NCBI RefSeq assembly: GCF_009914755.1
Contig: NC_060927.1
Direction: 5' to 3' (one strand)
DNA from: the human T2T-CHM13v2.0 reference genome, Homo sapiens
DNA length: 64,000 nucleotides
This document shows, piece after piece, positions 1-12,030 of the stretch. Numbering within the stretch: the stretch's first letter is position 1; each line of letters begins with the position of its first letter. A program made the position numbers and the translations under genes. Below the pieces are notes generated by a model. That model was not told where the DNA came from. It was given only the letters and a program-made list of their open reading frames with translations, and searched no databases.

Positions 1-30
1 GGATTACAGGCATGAGCCACCGTGCCCAGC
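1..30 (-). mobile_element. Alu 5' end (cut by window edge)
   Basis: ggattacaggcatgagccaccgtgcccagcc is the reverse complement of the Alu start. Confidence 0.9.
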
Positions 31-508
31 CTTGCTGAGAATTTTTGCATCAATGGTCATTAGGCATATTGGCCTATAGTTTTCTTTTTTGATGTGTCAT
101 TTTCTGGTTTTGATATCAGTGTAATTCTGGCCTCTTAAAATGAGTTTGAAAGTATTCCCTCCTCTTCTGTTTTTCAAAATAGTTTGAGTAGAATTGGTAT
201 TACTTTCTCTTTAAATGTTTGGTGAAATTCAGCAGTCAAGCCATTGTGCCCTGGATTTTCTTTGCGAAACTTTTTATTACAGCTTTGATCTCATTACTTA
301 TTATTGGTCTGCCCAGGTTTTGGATTTCTTCATGGTTCAATCTTGGTAGGCTGTATGTGTCTAGGAATGTATCTATTTTTTCTAGGTTTTCCAATTTACT
401 GGCTTATAGTTGCTCATAGTAGCCACTAATGATCCTTTGAATTTCTGCAGTATCAGTTATAATGTCTCCTTGTTCATCTCTTATTTTACTTATTTCAGTG
501 ATATCTTC

Positions 509-661
509 TTTTTTCTTAGTCTGGCTAAAGGTTTGTCAATTAAGTTTGTCTGGTTAAAGGTTTGTCAATTTTTCTTAGTCTGGTTGAAAGTTTGTCAGTT
601 AAGTTTGCCTGGTTAAAGATTTGTCAATTTTTCTTAGTCTGGTTAAAGGTTTGTCAATTTT
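509..661. repeat. Tandem repeat of about five ~29-30-bp units (tctggttaaaggtttgtcaatt core) inside L1 ORF2
   Basis: Units alternate between ttttcttagtctgg... and aagtttg(t/c)ctgg... starts. Confidence 0.9.
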
Positions 662-1728
662 CCTTATCTTTTGATGAACCAACTTTTTGTCTCATTAATT
701 TTTCGGGTTTTTTGTTCTAATTTCTACTCTGATCTTTATTGTTTCTTTACTTCTACTAATTTTTGGTTTGGTTTGCCTTTGCTTATCTAGTTATTTAAGA
801 TGCATCATAAGATTGTTTATTTGAAGTTTTTTTCCTTTTTTGAGGTAGATGTTTATTGCTATAAACTTTCCTCTTAGAACTGCTTTCACCATATCCTATA
901 TGTTTTGGTATGTTGTGTTTTCATTTCATTTTTTTGTGAGAATTTTTTAAATTTCCTTTTTAATTCCTTAATTGATCCATTGATCAGTCAGGAACATATT
1001 ATTTAATTTCCATGTATTTGTATCATCTTCAAAATTCCTTGTTATTGATTTCTAGTTTTATTCCATTTTGATAAGAGAAGATGCTTGATATTATTTCAGT
1101 TTTTTCGAATGTTGTAAGACTTGTTTTTTGTCCTAACATATGGTCTATCTTTGAGAATAATCCATGTGCTGAGGAGAAGAATGTGCATTTTGCAGCCATG
1201 GATGAAATATTCAGTAAATATTCATTTGGTCTACAGTACAGATTAAGTCTGATAATTATTTGTGGATTTTCTGTCTGGATGATCTGTTCAATGTTAAAAG
1301 TAAGGTGACAGAGTTTCCAACTATTATTGTATTGGGGTTTATCTCTCTCTTTACCTCAACCAATATTTGCTTTATATATCCAAATGCTTCAGTGTTGGGT
1401 GCATACATATTTACCACTGTTGTATCCTTTTGTAGAATTTACCACTTTATCATCGTGCAATGACCTTCTTTGTGTCTTTATAATTTTTGTGTTGAAATCT
1501 ATTTTGTCTGCTATAAGTATAGCTACACTTGCTCTTTTTTGGTGTCCATTTGCACGGAATGTCTTTTTCCATCTCTTTATTTTCAGTCTATGTGTGTCTT
1601 CATAGGTTTTAGTGTGTTTCTTGTAGGCAACATATTATCAATCTTATTTTTTCATTCATTCAGCCATTTCATGACTTTTGATTGAAGAGTTTAGTCCATT
1701 TACATTTAATGTTATGTTTGACAAATAA

Positions 1729-2232
<504 letters not shown>

Positions 2233-4799
2233 TGGTTGCATGTTCCTTAATTTGAGGTTGCTATAAGGCCTGTGAATAGTATCTTATAACCTATTGTATT
2301 AAACTGATGACAACACTGATTACATAAACAAAGTAACTGATGAGTAAAGAGAAAACTAATGAAAATTCTACACTTTAACTTCATCCTCCTGCATTTTAAC
2401 TTTTTGTTGTTTGTATTCATATCTTATTATACTATGTCTTGAAAACTTGTAGTTATTATTTTTCATAGGTTCATCTCTTAGTCTTTCTACTCAAAATATG
2501 AGTAGCTGACATACCATAATAATATGTGTAATATATTCTGTATTTTTTGTGTACTTTGTTTTGCCAGTGAGTTTTGTACCTTCAGATGATTTCCTCCTGC
2601 ACATTAAAATCCTTTCTTTCATATTAAATCCCTTTAGCATTTCTTGTAGGACAGGTCTGGTGTTGATGAAATCCCTCAGTTTTTTTTAATGTATGGGAAA
2701 GTCTTTATTTCTCCTTAACATTTGAAGGATATTTTTGCTGAATATACAGCAGCACTTAAGCACTTTATTCCTTCAGCACTTTGTGTCATGCCACTGTCTC
2801 CTGGCCTGTAAGGTTTCCACTGAGAAACCTATGGCCAGATGCATTGGAACTCCATCGAATGTTATTTGTTTCTTTTTTTTTTGCTGCTTTTAGAATCCTT
2901 TATTCTTGAACTTTGGGAGTTGGATTATCACATGTCTTAAGGTAGTCTTCTCCGGGTTAAATCTACTTGGTTTTCTATAATCTTCTTGCACTTGAATACT
3001 GATATCTTTCTCTAGGTTTGGAAAGTTCTCTGTTATTTCCCTTTCAATAAACTTTCCACCCTAATCTCTCTGTCTCTCTCTCTGTCTCTCTCTTTCTCTC
3101 TATCTCCTCTTTCGAGCCAATAACTCTTAAATTTGTCCTTTTGAGGCTATTTTCTAGATCTTGTAGGTGTGCTTAATTTTTTTATTATTCTTTTTTCCTT
3201 TTTTCTCTGTGTATTTTCAAATAGCCTGTCTTTGAGCTCACTAATTGTTACTTCTGCTTGATCATTTCTGCTGTTTAAGATAATTATGCATTTTCAGTAT
3301 GTCAATTCCATTTTTCAGCTCCAGAATTTCTGCTTGACCCTTTTCAATTATTTCATCTCTTTGTTAAATTTATTTAATAAGATTCTGAATTTCTTCTCTG
3401 TGTTATCTTGGATTTTATTGAGCTTTCTCAAAAAAGTTATTTCAAATTCTCTGTCTGAATTTATATCTCTGTCTTTGGGATTGGTCACTGCTGCCTTATT
3501 TAGTTCATTTGGTGATGTCATGTTTTCCTGAAAGATCTTGATGCTTGTGGATGTCCTTGGTGTCTGAGCATTGAAGAGTTAGATATTTATTACAGACTTC
3601 ACAGTCTAGGTTTGTTTGTACTTCTCCTTCTTGGGAAGGCTTTCCAGATATTCAAAGAAACTTGGGTATTGTGATCTAGTATTTGGTCATTGCAGCCTTG
3701 CTGCCTTAGGAGGCACCCTAAGCCCAGTAAGGCTATGGATTTTGCAGACTGGCTGAAGCACCTCCTAGGTGGTCTTGGATAAGACCCAGGAGAATTCCCT
3801 GGATTACCAGGCAGACTCTTATTCTCTTCTCTTACTTTTCCACAGACAAATGGAGTCTCTCTTTCTGTGCTGAACTCTCTGGAGCTAGAGGAGGATTGAT
3901 ATAAGCACCCCTGTGGCTACCATGACTAATACTGCACTGGGTTAGGACTGAAGCCAGCACAGCAATGGGTTTCACCCAAAGCCCACTTTGACAACTGCCT
4001 GGCTACCACTTATGTTCACTCAAGGCCCAAGGGCTCTACAATCAGCTGAGTGTCCTCCACTTTAAGGCAAGTTCTTCTTGGCCTCGGGCAGGTCTGGAGA
4101 TGTTGTCTAGGAGCCAGAGCCTAGAGTCCGAAACCTTAGTAATGTACCTGGTACTCTGTTCTACTGCAACTGAGCTGGTACCCAAGCCACAGAAAAGTCT
4201 TTCCTACTTTTTCCTCCTTTTATTCTAAGCAGAGGAGTCTCTACCCATGGCTACCACCCACCCTAGGCTCATGGTGTGTACTTCCTGGCTACCACTGATA
4301 TTCACTCAAGTGCTCTTGGTCAAAGTCCAAGTGCTCTTCAGTCAGCTTATGGTGAATGCTACCACTCCTGAATCTCTCTCTTCAGGGCAGTTGGCTTCCC
4401 TCTGCCCGAGGGCAGGTCCAGGAATGCTGTCCTTGAGCCAAGGCCTGGAGTCAGGAACCCCAGGAGCCCACTTGTTACTCTACTCTACTGTGGCAGAGCT
4501 GGTACCTAGGCTTCAATACAAAGTCCCCTTTACTCTTCCCTCTCCTTTCCTGAAGTAGAAGTGGTCTCTCCCTATAGCCACCACAGCTGGGAATGTGCTG
4601 GGTCACACCTGAAGCCAGCATGGCTCTGAGTCCTACCGAAGGCCTACAGTGAGTATAGCTTGTATTCTTGACCTTCCATTTCAGCGTCTATCTGCAGAAC
4701 AATACAATGCTGATTTTATTCCGATCTGAAATTCTTTTGGTAACTTTCACTGGGACTCCATTCAATCATGGATGTGTAGAAGATTCATGTGTATAGACT

Positions 4800-4990
4800 T
4801 GAATAGTTAATGTTTATGAAGCACATTCTATTGCCAGCTGTCTTCTAAACACTTAAACTTTACGTTGATTCACTCACTCACTTAATCTCCATTGCAACTA
4901 TATGAAATAGTGACAACATTACCACCATTTTATAGATGAAAACTGAGGCTCAGAATGTTTTGGTACTTTCTCAAGATCTTACTGCTAGAA
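4800..4990 (-). mobile_element. MIR SINE fragment
   Basis: Core ccattttatagatgaaaactgaggctcagaa. Confidence 0.7.
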
Positions 4991-5969
4991 AAGATGTACA
5001 GTCTCCTCAATGGTTGGAACTTGCTTCATCCTTGCTACCTTAGTGTGGTGTATTTATAAATATCTTTGACTTTACTGTGTTGATCATTTTTGGTGACCTG
5101 CTTTTCTTCAAACTAGACATCTATCTTCCTCCATTCTCTTAAGTTATCATTGATGCACATTTTTTGTTTGGAGATAATTAAGTCTAATCATTACTGGAAA
5201 GCATAGTATAGTGTTGGAAACAGTTTTAATATTAATGTCAAACTTTACTATGGCTAGAAAATTATTTAGCAGATTTCTTACTGGCATGTCCTCCATAGAG
5301 CCTCTGCACATGTCACACCATTCTAACTATGGGGCCTCTCTTCTCTCGCTTCTCTCCATTCCCACGGCTTCACATACTCTACTCTGGCAACCTAGGGAAA
5401 AACAAAATTCCTTTCACTTTACGATGCAGGGAAGTTCACGTTTCTCTTTTTAATTTCCTCTTGTTTCAAGTCACACGTGAACTCTTAGTTTTCATGTCCA
5501 AAGAAGCTGTTCTAAATATTTTCCTAAATAAAAAACCACCTTCACTAATATATGTAAATATAACTATACTTATTTTTTAAATTTTAAATACTGATATTTT
5601 TCTTTTTTACTACATCTATTAATAGCAAAAAAGTAAAAAAGAACTTAAATGTGTGATTATAAGAAATTTAACAAATAAAAGACATTTCCATAGGACGAAT
5701 TATGTGTTTAGTTATACAGGAAAATGTTCACTAAACAGTAAGTTAAGAAAACAGATTATAAAAGATTACACACAACACTATGTGCAGCTTGCTACCTTAT
5801 TTTTAAACAAAAGATATCAGGACCCCTATTATATATACCAACTATTATTTGTCACACACTATAACTAAGTGATCTTCTCATGGCCTATTCTAATATGTAA
5901 GATCATTTGCTTTTACTCAAATACTGCTAGCCACTGTGATTCCCTAATACTACCTTTACAAATGGAAAA

Positions 5970-6210
5970 TAATTACTAAGGGCTTTCTCTGTGCTTAATG
6001 TAGTTCTAGGTACTTCACAGGTATGAACTCACTTAAAGTCATTCACAACAACCCAGTAAGGCACATCTCACTACAGTCCTCACTTTATAGCTGAATAAAC
6101 TGAAGTACAGATAAGTTAAATATCTTTTGAATTCATAAAGCAGCAGTAGCAAAGCCAGATTTGAACCCAGGAAGTCTGGTTCTGGATCCTACACTCCTAT
6201 CTACTAAGCT
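5970..6210 (-). mobile_element. MIR SINE
   Basis: cactttatagctgaataaactgaagtacagataagttaaat...gccagatttgaacccagg. Confidence 0.75.
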
Positions 6211-8219
6211 TGAGTGTTTTTCTTCTTGCCTCTAGTTCTCAGATAACATTTTTTCCTACTTCAATTGGTTCTGCTTCAGTCAACCTTGGCCATTTCTAAT
6301 GTGTGCTTCTCTGTTAGGGTGGATAGAATAGGAGTGCTTAGAATAAACATCTAACATCTTAAATGAATAACCTTAATTTTCTGCAAAATATTAAATCAGT
6401 CATTTCTAATCAAAGGAACATTTATAATAGCTTCACTGCCTCTCCCATATAGAAAGGAATTGAGCCTTTTCTTCATTTGTAAACCTCTTATTGTTTCATA
6501 CAGGTATAGAGTTTTTTCCAATAACTGAGTGGCTGGAATTCTGGTTGTCAGAGGCTTGAGATGGTGATTATATACTTTTATATACTTTATGTTACTTGCT
6601 GGTCAGCCGCTTCATTGTCTGTGGAAGAGCACAGAGATAAGAGGGTTTAGTAAGCATCTGGTGCCTCCATTGATAAACTTGGAGAAACCCACACATGTAA
6701 ATAATAGATTGTAGCTGAAATGTTCTTGTATTTATGCCTAATGAGTCTTGGGTTAAGAATGATGGGTAGGGGATTTCCATATAGCCTAGTGACACTGATA
6801 ACAGGTTTGGCAATAGGCAAAGCATTTTCTTCCCTGATCTGGTTTAGTCAGGCCCTTGACTGGCCCTGGAACATCCTTGGCTCCCAGGATCCTCAGTGGG
6901 GAGAAGGTAACAGCCAAGCTGGCAGGAGAACAGTAGGTCTCACAGTACTTTATTGTAAGGTTATGTTTTCATCTTGTTGCAATCTCTGGTTGACTGGACA
7001 GGAGTTTCTTCTTCATGAGGGTATATCATAAATGAGTTACCACACAAATTCTCTGTAAAAACTGGCGGTTCTTCTTATCTGCCTTCAAATAGTTTAGTAA
7101 TCAATTTCTCTAAAGTTTCCTGCTTAAGAATTATTTTTTTTTCATGAAGATCAAAGCCAGCTTCATAAGTGAAGGTGCTAAAAAGGGTGAAAATGACACT
7201 GATTTCCAGCAGATAAGATTAATACTTGTTGTTTCACCATGGTTTCCAAAACAAAACAAATGATAATCACTAAACATGAAGCTCCTGGGCAAGGAGTTTG
7301 CTGGCACATAAACTGATTTTCCTTGCAGATGTGGCTGTCTGCTTCCTGTGGCTGCAGTGGGAGGGAAGGTTTTGGAGGACAGTGTGAGATGATTGAGGAG
7401 CAAATGCCTTTGCCCTGAATTTTTTACCTAGTCTTTCCAGTTGTTTGACATAGAATTCTGCTCTCCTCCCCTCCTCCTGTTCTTCCAATTCTTATTTTAT
7501 ACAATTAAAGGTATCCTTTAAATAAGTACACATAAAAAATTGCAATGTAAGACCATCACATAATCTCCCTTTAAAAACCGTGGGTTCATTTTGACACGTA
7601 AGAATTGGCTTGTGCTACTGTGTGATACCATCTTTTGGGTGTTAGAGTACTGCCCTGTGGCCCTTTGACTGGGTTGCTTTTGTTATCACAGTATGTCAAC
7701 CATGATTTGCCCTGTTGTGCAGTTGTGCTGTCAGTAGCTTTGTTTTGACAGTTTTAGTTATGTTTCTCCTTATAGCATATTGTCACACATACACTGGCAA
7801 GAAGAAATGTAGTTTGCTAAATAAAAATCCTCCAGGAAAAGGAGAGAAGTCTAATAGCTCTTTGGACAACTATAAATGATTTTTGAGTTAATGTGTTTCA
7901 TGTCGGGACAAGACCCACTTCTAGATAATGTAAAAAATGTTTTAATATATAATTTATGAGAAACTAGGGGTTTTAAAGAAAAAATTAATGGATTATTTTA
8001 TCCATTAAAATATTTTAATTTTGCACAGATTTATATGAAATATTGGTGAAAATAATGATGTGTTAAAACCTATCTCAATTATGGAATAAGAGTTTGCACA
8101 TGCTGTGCTTTACCAAAAGAAATTATTTCTCTTTGTGTTTCTGTTTGCTTGTACTCTCAGAAGGCCTATGACTCTAGAAAGGTTAAGAACCATAGTGTGC
8201 TGCTGGTACAGACATACGC

Positions 8220-9993
8220 TGATTATCTGGCACACCAAAGAGCTAGGTTACCTTGGACACATCTGATGGCAAGCACAGGACAATTATACCCAGAAGGCTC
8301 TGTCACAGGGTATCTTGATGTCCAGTCAGTATTTCTCTTTTAATTCTATAGGAATCTGGAATATTTCCATGATTGGGACAGATGGAAAGGGGCCACATAA
8401 TGGCCCAGAAGACAAAGACCCTCAGTTTGCCAGCTATTTAAGCATTTCTGTATCCATCTTTGATTGGGAGGGTCTGAACTAATTCTATCCCTCAAAACCA
8501 GCCCTTACAATTTCATATGCCCTCCTCTTTCATGATAGTCCCTGAGCCTAGAAAGTGGGTGCTTGTGTAGTTTTAGCAGAGTGTTGGCAACAAAAAGCAG
8601 ATTGGGTTCAATGGGATCCAAATGAGGAACATTCGCAGGCTTTTTCAAATCATCTGTAGTTTTCAGAATACCATGATTCTGATTTTCTTGGAAGAAGTAA
8701 AGCAACAAGAGATAACTAACATTAATGATTTGACAATCAAAAGATAAGTTGTGTGTCAGAACAGAAAAAAGAAGCTGTTGTATTAGGGAACTCAAAAGGA
8801 AAGGTCAGGTCTGGATTCTAGTAATAGATATGTTATAATTTTACTTTGAAACATAATTTCTACTCTGTATTCCCCCCTTTTATATAATATAAAGATAAAT
8901 TATATTCTCTTTTATATTCTTTTTATATTCTCTTTTATACAATATAAATACAAATTATATTCTCTTTTATAAAGAGAAATTATAGTAAGGCCAATCTATG
9001 TGCAAAATAAGTTTTAGTCTTATTATATTTGGCCAGATTATTTGCATAAAGTGCAGCAAGGAGATTGGCCATATACGCTCCTTTTAAGTTGGCTTTGCTA
9101 GAACTTAATTTTTTTTTATTATACTTTAAGTTCTAGGGTAAATGTGCACAACGTGTAGGTTTGTTACATACGTATACATGTGCCATGTTGGTGTGCTGCA
9201 CCCCTTAACACGTCATTTACATTAGGTATTTCTCCTAATGCTATCCCTCCCCACTCCCTCCACCCCACGACGGGCCCCAGTGTGTGATGTGTTCCCTACC
9301 CTGTGTTGAAGTGTTCTCATTGTTCAGTTCCCACCTGTGAGTGAGAACGTGCGGTGTTTGGTTTTGCTAGAACTTAATTTTAAAATATGTTACTCCAGTC
9401 AAAGCCTTGGTAAAATAACCAGTGTCTCCAATTGTGTCCTTGTGTCCTGTTACAAAAGAAAAAATATTCTTACTGAACTGATGCAAATAATTATATTACC
9501 ATAAAATAAGAATTCTCATGAATAGTTTCCAAATTTTGGAGAACTCAGGTAGAGAAAATGGTAAACTGCTCACAAAAGTGTACTTTACAATCAGAGTAGC
9601 AGCCTTTCAAATATGATGTTGTCCTTTCACCTTGAAACTGCCATCCACAAGTAAAGCAGCTCTTTGACAGTAAAGTGAGAGTTGTTTATCTGGCACTTCA
9701 AAATCCAGCAGCTCTTCACAATTCCAGAGTCAGTCCTGTCTTCCTCCTAGTGTGGATGAGGAAACAGTTGAGCTGTGGACATCGGTGCATTGACTTTTGA
9801 TCATGCCGTGGAACCTGGGGTTCTCCAGGTATCCTGTCCTTATAGACCAATCATATCAACTGAAGAATAATGAGGGTCATAAATTTGGAAAGGAGAGCCT
9901 TATTTCTCATAAAGGGTTGTAGCCTGCAGGGTAGCCATTCTGACAAGTTGGGAAGTGTAGCCTCTGGCCAGAAGCCAGAAACTTGGCACTTCC
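8220..9993 (-). mobile_element. ERV1 (MER4-group, MER31-like) internal relic plus partial LTR (9861-9993)
   Basis: MER4-group internal motifs (cagaataccatgattctg, gtgcaaaataagttttagtcttattat); LTR end tgaagaataatgagggtcataaatttggaaaggagag; family name recalled, not searched. Confidence 0.55.
9113..9362 (-). mobile_element. 5'-truncated primate L1PA 3' end (~250 bp) nested in the ERV1 relic
   Basis: ttattatactttaagttctaggg... L1PA 3'UTR antisense; 19-bp TSD tttgctagaacttaatttt at 9094-9112 and 9363-9381. Confidence 0.93.
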
Positions 9994-10250
9994 TAGGTCA
10001 TTTTTAAAATACAAATTTCAGCTGGTTAGCCCAAGAGAGCATGAAATTATTCAACTCTTGGTTGAACTATTCAACTCTTGCTCTTGACGATAGCAACAAT
10101 AGCAGGTTTTAGTTTTTAAGCCTGTAAGTACATTTTCTTTATCTCTAATCTCAAAACTCCTAGCTTGAGTTTCTTCAAAATGAATTTTTTTAAATTTGAG
10201 GAGCACTTGAAATAAAAGCTTAGCCTTATGAGTAAAGTGTTTATTATCTG

Positions 10251-10490
10251 ATATGTATATGGGTGTGTATATATATCTGTGTGTGTGTGTATATGTGTGT
10301 GTGTGTATATATATATCTTATATATATATGTGTGTGTATATATATATCTTATATATATATGTGTGTGTGTATATATATATATATAAAGATATATATATAT
10401 ATCTTTTTTTTTTGAGACTGATGCTCACTATATCTTCTAGGCTGGTCTCAAGCTCCTGGGCTCAAGTGATCCTCCTACTTCAGCTATCTG
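10251..10490 (-). repeat. (TA/TG)n microsatellite followed by an Alu monomer/FLAM fragment
   Basis: Dinucleotide array 10251-10402, then poly-T and gctggtctcaagctcctgggctcaagtgatcctcc. Confidence 0.8.
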
Positions 10491-10638
10491 ATATGTCTTA
10501 AGTCAGGAATCCGTTACGTGGCTTCCCAAATAGATCAATCTTCTAACAAATTCTAACAAGTCAAGATTTTCCTAATTGGCTTTCAACAAAAGATGAACCT
10601 TTGATTGTCTTTCAAACAAAAGATGAACCTTTATGCAC

Positions 10639-11153
10639 TGTATTAGTCAAGGGTCTCTAGAGGAACAGAAATAATGGAATACATATTCTTTTATATATAT
10701 ATATAAACATACATATATAAACATAAATATAGATAAACATATATATATAAACATATATATATATATATAAAGTTTATTCATTATTAACTCACATGATCAC
10801 AAGGTCCCACAGTAGGCCATCTGCAGGCTGAGGAGCAAGGAGAGCCAGTCCAAGTTCCAAAACTGAAGAAGTTGGAGTCCAATGTTTGAGGGCAGGAAGC
10901 ATCCAGCATTGGAGAAAGATGTAGGTTGGGAGGCTAAGCCAGCCTCTCTATTCATATTTTTCTGCCTGCTTATATTCCAGCTACACTGGCAGCTGGTTAG
11001 ATTGTGCCCACCCAGATGAAGGGTGGGTCTGCCTTTCCCAGCCCACTGACTCAAATGTAAATCTCCTTTAGCAACTCCCTCACAGACACACCAAGGATCA
11101 ATGCTTTGTGTTCCTCAACCCAATCAAGTTGACATTCCGTATTAACCATCACA
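10639..11153 (-). mobile_element. HERV-L 3' LTR (MLT2A1/A2)
   Basis: tgtattagtc...attaaccatcaca ends, internal (TA)n tract, adjacent purine tract (agtccacccctt on +). Confidence 0.93.
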
Positions 11154-11471
11154 AGTCCACCCCTTGTCAACTTGATCCCACACACATCTCCTCAGATCAT
11201 ACATAATCTTCAAATAAACACAATAATAAGGTCATAATTACACCTAACATAACACAACTATCCTTCGTACAACCAGAAACACACCAATCCCCAACTCAAA
11301 TACGATTACATAAAGTTAGCAATACTTAAATACTGATGTGAAGTCAATAAATTTTATGTCACATGATAAAGGAGCAATGAAATAAAATGAAGATATTTCC
11401 TTAGTACAAGTGAATACAAGCACAAACATGTTTTTAACAAAAGAAGAAAATACTCATGACAATTACAGTCC

Positions 11472-12030
11472 TCATTTCTGCAGCTGGTCATGTGGTTGTA
11501 ACTGGTATTGATGACTACCTTCTTCTACTACCCATTCTGTATTCCCTTTGCCTTCAGCAAGCACCTCAGCAGGTCGTGTTTTTTTTCCTGGTTGGGTGAC
11601 CCAAACCTTCATTCCTAAAGGGTCTTGGTCATTTGGGGTCCTGCCTGGATTGGGCTGTTGCACTTTCCCACTGACCTTAAATACAGGGCATGGTAATACT
11701 AAGCTAAGAGATGCTCTAATGGATCTCCTGGATTCCATGCATACTCTTCCTTACCTCTGTTGTGGAGTAGTAGACTTATTTCTTCTTGATAGCCTGGGTC
11801 AATCAACCCAGCCAACACCGTCACTCCCTTCTAAGTCTATTGACTTAAAGGTAGGAGGAACCTAAAGTGTCCAGGTGACAATCTTAACTTCCAGTCTAAT
11901 GGAATCATTGTTCTACTGGACACACTCCCAGTGGAAGTGTTTCTCCCTCTGGAACTAAGACCTCTAGGCCAGCAGAACGTAATGTCACAGGAACAGGAAG
12001 CAAAACTTTTGCTAGTGGATCACTAGGGGT
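11472..12030 (-). pseudogene. HERV-L dUTPase and downstream C-terminal segment, disrupted
   Basis: Minus strand near 11865-11915 reads TMIPLDWKLRLSPGHF (dUTPase-like); ORF 11472-11738 gives MKVWVTQPGKKTRPAEVLAEGKGNTEWVVEEG. Confidence 0.75.

Noticed and set aside
509-661. Possible CRISPR-like array of ~30-bp repeats
   Set aside because: No unique spacers, no cas genes, and the sequence is eukaryotic L1
3900-4650. ~330-bp-period diverged repeats
   Set aside because: Consistent with internal repeats of old L1 5'UTRs, not a locus-specific feature
11912-11923. ctactggacac matches the reverse complement of gtgtccagtag at ~14822 in the same provirus
   Set aside because: Only 11 bp; too short to call a templated event without a consensus alignment
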